From positions 43,152,001-43,216,000 of the forward strand of contig OZ241830.1 in NCBI GenBank assembly GCA_965202585.1: 64,000 nt of DNA, in the 5' to 3' direction. This DNA is from Thalia democratica (lineage: Eukaryota). A program made the translations under genes and the position numbers. The notes beneath the pieces are model-generated. The model saw only the letters and a list, made by a program, of their open reading frames with translations. It was not told the origin of the DNA and did no database searches. This document shows positions 25,201-34,242 of this stretch, in pieces (the stretch's first letter is position 1; each line of letters opens with the position of its first letter).

Positions 25201-26105
25201 AAAAAACAATTTACATGAAAAAAAAACCACTGACAATTTGCTTACAACAAAAGTTGCAGAGTGAAAATCTCAGGTTTCCAGCGGGAGCCGGATTTGCAGT
25301 GTATTCTTACAACAGCAAAGGTGTTTTGTTTCAAAAATTCGGGTCCTTAGCTTCCCACAATCGTGCTTTTATTTATGCTTATCCGTTTTAAAGAGAAAAG
25401 CATGCTGAATACGGTTAAACCAGAAAGTTTTAAAGATTACTTATTTGATTAGTAAATTTTTCTTTAAATTGTTAACTTTAAACTCACTCTGTTGTTAGAA
25501 GGGCAGAAGCTTCCGCTGATGGAGCGACTCGATTTCGGCGGTGAGGGATTCTCCCTACTTTTTGATCGATTGTACATTTCCGGTTTAACTGAAATTCGAA
25601 CTCAGAATAAATATTTGATAAGGACAAAAAAGAAAAGCGAACAATCGCAAGGCGTGCAAACTTGCTTCATCGATTTTTTTTTACACTTGCACGTTTCAAA
25701 ACTCAAAGTTTTCTTTTTAATTAAATTTCTTACCAGTTTGCAGCGAGTCCTGAGCAACTCTCGCCACGTAGGAAGTCGGATGCTCCTCCTTGTCGCGGCC
25801 TCTTTCGTACGAGTATTGCTGGTACGAGCAAGAAGGGAAATCCCCAGTAACGGAAGAGTTGTTGGGAGGGATGGAGGCGTAGTCGGGCTGCGGAGTGAAG
25901 TGGTGGTTCTTCCTCATCAGCTGGTCCACTTCCCTGGAAAGTTCTTCCTCCTCCGACCTGTACTCTTCCTCCATGAGCATCGAGTCGGGGGTGAGCTCGT
26001 GGTTGCGGAGTGCGGAGGGGTCGTATGCTGATTTGGGGGAGTTTAGGTCCCCGTTGTATTTGACAGGACGATCGTGCATGTTGGTGTCGTTGGCTGATGA
26101 CACTC
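968..26105 (-). CDS. TENM: Teneurin (Ten-m/Odz) gene, 29 exons in the window; first coding exon uncertain, 3' end beyond the left edge
   Basis: Phase-consistent GT-AG exon chain (6359 nt, no internal stop) giving ICD, TM, YGRKGILPSHTK|YD motif, 8 EGF, DNDN-DGLVDCQDPDCC, WFDLVVVGG, YLSSRTFGYK, NHL repeats, CDC..CDC and YD repeats in canonical teneurin order. Confidence 0.97.
1491..1728 (-). CDS. TENM: Teneurin exon, YD repeats (VMLPS...ILSIYYPGE)
   Basis: ttcaAG / GTAAAA; phase 0 to 1. Confidence 0.9.
1872..2111 (-). CDS. TENM: Teneurin exon, YD repeats (YNELGQPTKW)
   Basis: tacAG / GTGAGT; phase 0 to 0. Confidence 0.92.
2353..2711 (-). CDS. TENM: Teneurin exon, YD shell (EWRK...RKMRVNGRNMLSLDY...VYDDH)
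   Basis: Matches recalled RKLRVNGRNLLS.DY motif; aatAG / GTGAGT. Confidence 0.94.
2879..4236 (+). mobile_element. hAT (Buster/Charlie-type) non-autonomous deletion derivative in a teneurin intron
   Basis: 13-bp perfect TIRs CAGTGCTTCTGAA (2879-2891; 4224-4236), identical 8-bp TSD GTTTAAGT (2871-2878; 4237-4244) with central TA, subterminal GGGTTCCGCG motifs. Confidence 0.95.
3542..3814 (+). pseudogene. Remnant of Buster-type hAT transposase C-terminal dimerization domain
   Basis: EYPVLAKRAVKFLLPFITTYFCESGF...IKTKQRN...LRLSLSKIQPRIDMLVAKRQVQVSH* fits the hAT dimerization consensus; non-ATG start and no catalytic core. Confidence 0.9.
4316..4742 (-). CDS. TENM: Teneurin exon, YD repeats (YYEYEPSGRLT)
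   Basis: tctAG / GTACAT; phase 0 to 1. Confidence 0.9.
5583..5819 (-). CDS. TENM: Teneurin exon, start of YD shell (YQVSNPDNNELYVFD..G.H..T..LITG)
   Basis: tttAG / GTTTGC; phase 0 to 0. Confidence 0.94.
5975..6161 (-). CDS. TENM: Teneurin exon, NHL (IAGKFSNCDCASIDCDCFYGDD...DQRNFRIRK)
   Basis: Diagnostic CDC...CDC and D..N.RIR motifs; aacAG / GTAAGT. Confidence 0.95.
6707..6832 (-). CDS. TENM: Teneurin exon, NHL (LVAPTDVSVSHVDGALYITESD)
   Basis: gacAG / GTGACT; phase 2 to 2. Confidence 0.92.
7394..7584 (-). CDS. TENM: Teneurin exon, NHL (LELIFPSAL...LYLLDNDVI...GVPIQC)
   Basis: aacAG / GTCAGC; phase 0 to 2. Confidence 0.92.
7922..8133 (-). CDS. TENM: Teneurin exon, NHL (CGNG..A..AKLTAPKGI...YFVDG...PLPC)
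   Basis: gttAG / GTAAAA. Confidence 0.95.
8521..8704 (-). CDS. TENM: Teneurin exon, NHL (YYLAAS...VVAGTGENC)
   Basis: ctgcAG / GTGAGC. Confidence 0.94.
9007..9158 (-). CDS. TENM: Teneurin exon, NHL repeat (KLFSPMTLA...YVGDYKFIKKI)
   Basis: ttacAG / GTTAGA; phase 1 to 0. Confidence 0.93.
10008..10304 (-). CDS. TENM: Teneurin exon, FN-plug (VGY...WSLNLQHRY...LYMGDG)
   Basis: ttacAG / GTAAAG; phase 1 to 1. Confidence 0.95.
10415..10694 (-). CDS. TENM: Teneurin exon, FN-plug (YLSSRTFGYK...YTFTWDGLDAYNQKVFG)
   Basis: catAG / GTAAGA; conserved motifs. Confidence 0.95.
10894..11209 (-). CDS. TENM: Teneurin exon (WFDLVVVGG...IPETQ)
   Basis: tttAG / GTAAAC; conserved FDL..GG and IPETQ. Confidence 0.95.
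11370..11489 (-). CDS. TENM: Teneurin exon, transthyretin-like domain (LSVVRGQLVSDDDESPLVGA)
   Basis: Matches recalled VIRGQV...PLVGV motif; phase 2 to 2. Confidence 0.93.
12017..12230 (-). CDS. TENM: Teneurin exon, Cys-rich region (DGLVDCQDPDCC)
   Basis: Diagnostic DGLVDC.DPDCC motif; ttcAG / GTAAGT; phase 1 to 2. Confidence 0.95.
12587..12739 (-). CDS. TENM: Teneurin exon, EGF8 and start of Cys-rich region
   Basis: GCPNNCSGFGVC...CKCRQGRKGRGCEQKMEASCSDARDNDN. Confidence 0.95.
14695..14886 (-). CDS. TENM: Teneurin exon, EGF6 and EGF7
   Basis: [27 protein letters not shown] and CHPKCKHNGNCLEDGTCSCKVGWNGKLC; aacAG / GTAAGT. Confidence 0.95.
15374..15574 (-). CDS. TENM: Teneurin exon, EGF4 and EGF5 (4 Cys)
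   Basis: CEDPTCSKHGKCVESKCYCDNGWSGSLC and INMKCSNRGTYDEITDKCICNVGYSGKHC; aacAG / GTCAGC. Confidence 0.95.
16196..16393 (-). CDS. TENM: Teneurin exon, EGF2 (5 Cys, C3 to Tyr) and EGF3
   Basis: [27 protein letters not shown] and CISHDCSGNGVCNSNGDCDCYAGFKGISC. Confidence 0.95.
17996..18100 (-). CDS. TENM: Teneurin exon, EGF1
   Basis: CENKCSGNGDCTLYGDCKCYPGWKGSDC; tacAG / GTGAGA. Confidence 0.95.
18782..18959 (-). CDS. TENM: Teneurin exon, Ig-like domain (YDVIKQVD...GSWYWALYNG)
   Basis: tttcAG / GTTAGT; phase 0 to 1; resembles the G.WHLAFYNDG motif. Confidence 0.93.
19539..19717 (-). CDS. TENM: Teneurin exon, Ig-like domain (FNFTLPSSADVALYGRKGILPSHTK)
   Basis: Matches recalled teneurin motif YGRRGLPPSHTQ; aacAG / GTGGGT. 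Confidence 0.93.
20232..20381 (-). CDS. TENM: Teneurin exon, extracellular linker (VDFIGQSFKC...ISNK)
   Basis: tttcaAG / GTTTCC; phase 1 to 1. Confidence 0.8.
20890..21233 (-). CDS. TENM: Teneurin exon with juxtamembrane basic region and type II TM helix (VWGVVMTVISIVLLAVLAVLL)
   Basis: taacAG / GTATGT; phase 2 to 1; 21-aa hydrophobic segment. Confidence 0.92.
24801..24943 (-). CDS. TENM: Teneurin exon, intracellular (SENFDPVV...NDVSN)
   Basis: ttttcAG / GTAATC; phase 0 to 2. Confidence 0.85.
25488..25588 (-). CDS. TENM: Teneurin exon, intracellular (KPEMYNRSKSRENPSPPKSSRSISGSFCPSNNR)
   Basis: tttcAG / GTGAGT; phase 1 to 0, required to join the flanking exons. Confidence 0.8.
25734..26105 (-). 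CDS. TENM: Teneurin exon, intracellular domain (VSSANDTNMHDRP...SLQT)
   Basis: taacAG acceptor at 26106-7, GTAAGA donor; GC-rich open frame; phase 1 to 1. Confidence 0.85.
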
Positions 26106-29100
26106 CTGTTAGAAGAAATAAGTAAATAAGTCAATAACCCTCTTTTACTTGGTTCTATTTATACTGTTTTTGTTTTAATTGTTTATTTGATTTTTGATTT
26201 GTTTAGTAGATTTAAAATATATTTAAACTTTTCAATTAAGATATTGATATTTACTTAAAAAACATTTATTTACAACTAGAACATCTTCACTGAACCATTC
26301 TTTTTACAGGTTTTAATTTTCCTATTTTATACTTGCTTTAAAGAAAAATTTATTGTTTAAGTTTTGAGAATTATTCACTACTGTAGATTTAAACTTTCGT
26401 TTTGAAATTTTTGTATAAGTAAGCTTAATTTCAACAAATTTTTTAGTAAAGTAAGCATATTTTAAAATAGCTAAGCTATGCAATTTCTTAATTGCTCTTT
26501 TACAATTAGTGTATATATTTTGACTTTAGTTAAACAATATGGTTTAATTTAGTTACACAACAAAGTTTTATAGCACACAAAATGAGGAAAATTTATCGAT
26601 TTTCAAAGCCGAAACACTAATTAGACATTTTCAAATACATTGGTCGTATATACCATGACATGACTCATAAATTCACCGAGGTTTGGTTTTAACTACATTT
26701 ACAACTAATGGATACAACCTCTACCAAAACACTAAATCATCTCTAAGAGCATGTTTGAATTTTGTTTGTTTTACGCTTGTAATTGAAGTTAGCAAAATGT
26801 TTGCCTTCGGATTTTATTTGTTTGGATTGCGAATTTTTTAATTAAAACAAGCTCACTCGCTTAGCGTTTAAGTAAAACAAACTATCGATCAAAATTTTAC
26901 GAGCTTAACTGTAATAAACTTAATGGAAGCAAAAAAAAAAGATGACTTGCTAGCGGCTAATCCTTGAAAAAGCAGTTTGGTAGTTCAATCAAAATTTGTT
27001 ATCTAAACGTTTTCGCGGTGGGAGGAGTAGTAGAGCCACACAACATGCACTAGCGACTCATCTTGATGGCAAGTTGTGGTTTTAACCGAATCAGTCATTA
27101 AGCCTTGATTGCCGCCGACGTCAGCGCTCTTATCTGCGTTTACTCACACGCGCTGACTCGGCAAGATTCTATGTGAATTTTTGTGTCATGAAATTGTCGT
27201 TTGTCTTTATGCGAGCGGCTTTTAGATTTGTATAGACGATTAAGCGTGAACGTTGCGATTGTACTTATCTTGTTTACAGTAATACGATTAAGTAAACTTA
27301 TGAGCTTGTACGTTTGGTAAAATTACTAGAATTTACTAGTAAATTGGTAATTACTTGGTAAATTTACCGTTTTTTTTTTATAATTATTAAATGCTTCAAT
27401 TAAAACTACTGTTGGTGTTTATAGTGAAAACTAAGAAGTAAAGTTTCGAAGAAAGACCAGATAAACTTAGTATGTTTTGAGTAAAAGGAAACACAAGTTA
27501 AGCAAATTTTTCAAATTACTCATCTAAAACTGCCAACTTGAGTTTTTTTTTGACTAATCATATATGATATTTTTAAATGTTGAAAGGTCATATAAAAATA
27601 ATTTAGTGGGAAATAATGAATACAATCTTGATTATTACAATTAAAAGTTTTAAGTTTAAGATAAAAAAAATAAAGTTTTTTTGATTTATTATGCAAAGTT
27701 GAGTTTAATTTTTTAATGTCTTTAACAAAAAAAAATAATTCTCCTTTAATACTAAACAAAACAAATCAAAAATAACTAAAATCAAATAAGTTTTAAAACA
27801 AGTTAGTCTACGCAAGTTTACCAACCAAACCACAGTTCAAGGATACAAAAATAAAAACAAAGCTAAACTAACAAAAAACTTTTGATTTAAAGTGGTAAAA
27901 GTCCTACAAGCAAAGCTTTATTTCTAAAACTGAGTATTGAGTATGCTATTTCTTTTAACTAGTTTTATCCATTTACTATTTTAAAAGTTAAACTAAATTA
28001 ATAACCTGAGGATTCAGTATCCGTATTTGTAGAAGTTGTTTTTGCACTCATCAGTTTTTTTGTTTGATATTACTTTTGTTTTTTCCTTTTCATAAATTTT
28101 AATATGTGTCTAAAATAAACCTAAACAGAATTAATATTTTTATTTTTACTCAATCATTTTGTTTTTAAAGCGTGGTTTAATTGACATCATAAGAATATGA
28201 GAAAATAAAGGCTGTGAAAAGTTTTTTTTTCCCAAGAACTCATTTGCTTAAAACACAATGAGCATGAAAATTAAACTTTCATTTCGCTTTTATGCATTGA
28301 CACAACTACATTTGTTTAATTGCATAAATTTTCCAACAAAACAATGTAACTTTTATAAAACTCAAATCACGAAACTTTGTTTTCATTAATCATTTTAAAA
28401 TGTTTAGCTTAATACACATCACTGAGCATCAACTCTAAAAGCTGTCATTCGAAACTCTCAAACTTTTTGCGCGTTGCTTCAGGTCTCAAGGGTACGAAAT
28501 TTTCGCAGTTGCACATCAAATTACTTTGCAAGTTTACAACTGGTATTTACACAAAACCCGTTTTACACATCGAAACAAAAGGGCAAATTGTTGTAAATAG
28601 CGGAATAGAACACCTGTAATGGTAATTTAATAACCGTTTCAAAACTTATTACTGCGAACGTGGCCTACAGAGCGGCAATTTTTTTTTGACATTTTTTAAG
28701 ATGTTTCTAAATTAATGGACCATCAGTGAAATTTTTTGAAGTTTGACGTTTTCATAAGTACCTCCTAAAAAGGTGACTTGTAAAAACCTGGCATACTGAA
28801 GTCAGTAAAGTGTTTAAGTGACGAGTACTACCAAATAAAGATGGCAATTCTAGCTATATCACAAAAAGATTGATCTGATTTAAGATGTATCAAGTACAAC
28901 TTAAAAATTTTATATTATCAACATTTAAGTTTGAATACAGTTCTAAAAAAGCTTAAAAAATAAATTTAAAACACAAGACAAAAGTAATTCATTTCGAGTA
29001 TGCTTTTCTTTCAAACTTAAAATAAACTTCACTAAAAAACTTCTACGAGCTAAAAAACAAGTAAGCCAACTAACCATCGAAAAAACTCAAACTCAAACCT

Positions 29101-32100
29101 AAATTTTATATAAAGCGAGCTCAAACTTGAAACGAAATTCGTGCGAAATCAATCAATAGATTCAAACAACTTCAGCGTCTGCCAACTGCGTGTTACGCAA
29201 AAATCTCATGTACTGTTTCAGGTGCAATTTAAGCGGGGCCGAATAAACGAACGAAGAAAAGTTCTTAGCGAGAGCAGCGGGATTATGCTTGGTAAACCGG
29301 AGTTTGTTTGAAAAAAAATGGTAATTTTGTCCGGCTCTCGTACCGTCTACCTGTCAAACGCTGAGATAAAAGGTCACTTTACGCCTCATTTGCTTATTTT
29401 TTTATATTAAATTAAACCTAAATCAGATCATTGGGCTCGATAAGAAATAAATTCAGGGAGAACAAACACTGTTTGCTGCAAAATGCTTATAGTGTCGGGT
29501 ATTTAAAGTATTACATTTACACTTGATTTATGGTGAGCTGAAACATGAGCTTTTGCCTTCTTTGTAACGAAAGTCTGGTTTTAGGGTACTTATCTTGAAT
29601 TATGGTTGTGAGATTAACAGTTAAATTTTTTACTAATGCTGTATTAAAACACAGCATTTTAGCTATATTTGATAAAACATGTCAAAAGACATGTTTTAAA
29701 AGAATTAAGTTTAAAGCTAAACTCATTTATTGCTAAATAAACAAAGTCTTGCATTGAGCAAAAACAAAAAGTCATTCCACTGAAATTGTTTTAATGAAGC
29801 TGAAAATTACAAAATGAAACTTGGCGAGGCAACCTGACCAAACATAACAAGCTAAACAAACTCTATGAACAAATTACGTGCATAAATTAAAGTTTCTAAG
29901 CTGTAAACCGACTTTTGGCTGAGTAACGCAACACTGAAAGGCAAAGAACGAGCTCGAAAGCAGTCCAGCAAGCAAAGAAGATGAAGCCGGCAAAGCTTTT
30001 TTCTTCAATCTCTCATTTTTGTTATCTTTCTCTCATTATTGCAATTATCTCTTTTTTTCTTGAAAAATCGCTTTCTTAATGAGCAAAATGTAAACAAAGT
30101 TTTTTCCTTTTGTTCACAATTAAAAGTTTTTTTTTTCAAATTTTTTTACAATGCCTTCCTTTAAAAAAGTATAATTTTAGTTGCATCAAATTCTTAATGG
30201 TCTTAGTATCGTAGCATGGTGAAGTTTAAATTGCGTGTAAAATCCAACATACACTGTATTGAAATTCTAACGAGATTAATTAGACACGGGTGCTACTTTA
30301 TCCCCAGTTGAATTTTATTTGCAACTAGCAAAACATCAAAGTAAAATAAAACCTAATCAAAATATTCTGTACTGGCATGTTAAGTAGTCAATACAAACTT
30401 TTTAAAGATTTTTTGTTTCTGAGTAGAATATTTTACCTTGTTTGTAAACACTACAATTTAAAAACTTTTTTTCTAATTCTCCTAAAAAAATATGTTGTAC
30501 TAGCTTTAGTAAACTTATTAATTTAATCAATAAAGTAAAGATTCAATATCTATGAATATAAAACAGAAATTATAGCAATTACTAAGCTGATAACATTTTA
30601 GACATTTTATTTTGCTAGTATTAACTAAAGTTATTGGGTAAAAATATAATATCAAAAATATTTATCATAAGCATTAAAGTGTTATTGTTTTGATTTAATA
30701 CTAATCAAATATTTATTAAAGCAAAGGTAAACTAAGTTCTTGTTGCGTGGTAAAGCTAAAAATTGATAATAATTAAAAATGTTGTTTTTATTCTATATTA
30801 GTAGTGTATACACAAACAAAATTAAAACAATAACATTTAAACAAGGGTTTTTTTTAAAGTATGCGATATCGTCCCTTTATGGACGATTTTGGCTATCAAG
30901 GGGCAGTAACTAGTAAGAGATTTAAAAAGTATATGGGTAATTAACTATCAAATGGCCGATATCTAATAAAGGGAGGAAGCAATTATTTTTTAAACTTCTT
31001 CCAAAAGGGAGATTATGAAGTCGAGTTGAATAAAAAACGCATAAAATTAGAATTTTAAGTTTTTTTTATATTTTTTTAAGCTTTTTTTATTGTCTAATTG
31101 TTTTTTTTTTTTTTGCTTGTAACTAAATATTTTAAAAGTTTATTATAGTTACATAACTTTTTAAACTGTTTCAATTTTAACTTCCACTAGCAGTTAGTTC
31201 ACTTTTACCATTACTAAAAAAAAATGTTGAATTTAAGAGCCGCTTCTGTCATCATTACCCAAAAAATTTTGACATTTTTATCTAATCTAAGTTTATTTGT
31301 TTATATATACTGTTTAAACATGTGGGCTAAATCCGAACTGCTTTTAAAGGTTTTTGATAGAAAACAAAAGCGAGTAATATAACAATTTTACGTTTCTTAA
31401 AAAACTATGCAAGCTGGTCCATTTTTTATAAGTCCTGTCATTAAGAACAACTAATATAAATAACAAATTATATATTTTTTAGAATTAATTTATTAATGTT
31501 TCGGATTGTTAATGAACTATATATTCTAAACCACATTAATATTATTCACTTAACTGCATAACAAAAACTAATATAAAATTTTTAAGTGGTTTTAACCAAA
31601 AAAACACCAGTATAACTTATAATTTCTTACTTAAAAAAAATTAAATCATAATAAAGCTAAATCATTCCAATAGCTTTATTATTGTGTAACCAAAATCAAT
31701 AGTTGTCAGTTTAAATGATTTATCGGACAAATTTCAGTTTTATGATTGATATTTAAACTGTTCTTTAGTTTAATCTTTAATCTTTAGCTATTTGAGTATG
31801 TTGTTTTAGTTTAATGTAATATATAAAAGTTTTTTTTTCCTCAAGGAAGTGTATATCTAAAATAATTGAAAGTCATGTTATCAAACTTTTTTGAAAATAA
31901 GAATATTAAACTATATTCAGAATTTTTTTTAGTTTTAGTAAAATAGTAGCAAAACTTTATATTTGTATGTGTTTGACAACTAATTGACTTTTGAATATTG
32001 AATCAAATGATACTTAGAGCTTATAAAAATTGGTTACAAACTAAAGCTTTTGCACATAATTTTAACAGAAATTAATATTTATTTATTAATTTTAAAAATT

Positions 32101-34187
32101 AATTAAAAAGTACCCGAAACTATTTAACAAAATTAAAAAATAACAACTAAAATGTAAACTTTGTGGTATTGTATGCTGGTTTTTTTTCTAAAGTTTATAT
32201 AATAGTGTAGTTAGAAATATATTATATTGTATACAAACAGTTGGTGAAACCGTTACAAAATAAATTGTAACTCAGTTACTATGCTAGTGAGTGAAAAGAT
32301 TTAATATGTAAAGAATATACAAAACAAATGTTTGCCATTTTATTACTTTAAGCTTTGAACTTAATAATAGTACATGAAAATCATGAAAAAATACGATACT
32401 TTAATCAACAAAAGAATCTTATTAATCTGTTTATGAAACTTACAGACTTTATGAACAAATTAATTCTAGCAAAGTATGAGTTACATAATTTGTTCTATTG
32501 CTAAAAAAGTAAACAATAATTTTTATTTATACTTTCTCTTTCGTTTCAGTGACTTATAACAATATACATAAATAATATAAATATATAAAAATAATTAAAA
32601 CGTTTCATAGTTAGAAGACTAAGAAACAAAAAATTACTTAACTATTAATTCATTCAGGAACTCTTTAATAACAAAAACACGTTTAAAAAAGCTTTGATCT
32701 ATTACTTATGAACTACGTCCCTTTTTCAGCAATATACACTTACACTTATCTATTAAACGATTATAAATTAGTACTCTAAAATTAATCTTTATATTATTGT
32801 AAGTGTACTTGTAAAACTTTAGCATTACCTATAAGATAAATAATTATCAAAACTTTAAGTAAGTTTTAAAAAATTATAACTGTAAAATAAAACTTATTTT
32901 GCTATACATTATAATTTTTTTTTTCAAATAAATAGAGTAAAAAAACTGAACTTAGTAAAAAACAAAACATAGTACAAACACAAACTGTTTAAAAAGTTTA
33001 AAGAACAACTCTTATAAACAAGAGAAAACTAAATGTAGTAAATTCAAGCTGGTTCAGTTTTATAATAGTAGTAAAGCTTAAACAGATTATTTAACAACCT
33101 TTTATATTAAAAAACAAGAAGTCGAATAGTATTTACTTCACTAGAAAAAATAAACTTGGCATATATTAACTTCTAGATGGCAACCACTCAATTGTTCTAG
33201 CTTCAAAATAAGATTGTGGCATTGTTTTTGTATATAGTATTGTATGTTTGTTGTTTAGTTAAGAATTAATTCATTTAATCCAAAATCATGTTTTATATTA
33301 AGTAAAAATAAACGACTTCCATCTTACGTTTTGTAAATTTTAAAACTCATTAGAAACAATGCAATTAACTTGAAGTTTTGCAAGTTAAGCAAACAAAATA
33401 CTTGTTTAGTAAAATTTAAGCTAATGAAATAAAGTAACAAATAAAAAAAGCAGTTTAACTAAATTAGGTGCATTCGCATAGATTTTGTACAAAAAAAAAA
33501 CAAAATTCAAAAGTTATTTTGTTTATTATTTAGTGCACACGCAAATGTAATTAGCGTGAAAAAGGCCGATTACACGCCATTTCAACGTTGCATTACCTGA
33601 AAAATATCTAAACATCTGATAAAAACCAGACTTTGCTCTAAACACATCATTTATCAGCGGGGCTTGTTTAGCGTTTTTCATAAGTTTTTTAGCGCTTTCT
33701 GAAACTCAGCAGACTGACAAACAAACTTTCGAATGATAAGTTAGCATTTGGGCGCGATATTTCGCACAGGTAATCGATTATTGTTGTTTATTAGTGTTTA
33801 CCGTTGTCACTTGGGCAGCTAAGCGACCCTTTGCCTCCTGCCTGCCTTATGCCTGTCTAAAATTTTTCAAACTAATCCTGTCTTGTGGCTATTAATACTT
33901 TGTTAAGTTTTTTTCATGCAGGTAATTAAAGCATTTATGCTGTATTAATGTTTAATTATATATATCGGATTAACAGTTACGGTTTTAATGTTAGACTTAA
34001 GCAAGACTAACCTTTTTCTTAAGAGAAGAAATTATTTGAAACTATATCTCAAATAAGTGATAAACTGTTAAACAATGTTTTCAACTATGCTCACCGACAT
34101 TTAAAAATAATAAATATTGCACAGCGAAAAAAACATAAAGTATTTAACATAAAGTATTATATATTTTTTATTTTTACAGCTTATTAT

Positions 34188-34242
34188 AAACAAAACAATG
34201 TTTCACTCTTATATTGGGTTGTAAGAGATCATCAGTTCTTAC
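34188..34242 (-). ncRNA. Solo hammerhead-like motif of a different family, partly decayed
   Basis: Minus strand AAGAA-CTGATGA-T-CTCTTA/CAACCCAATA/TAAGAG-T-GAAA-C-ATT-GTT-TTGTT; stem I 4 of 5 pairs. Confidence 0.5.

Noticed and set aside
25492-26134. Plus-strand ORFs of 179 aa and 76 aa, and the alternative minus-strand 134-aa frame
   Set aside because: Shadow frames of the GC-rich teneurin exons; only the phase-consistent frame joins the gene.
30872-30974. TCCCTTTAT/ATAAAGGGA inverted repeat
   Set aside because: Only 9 bp perfect, with no TSD.
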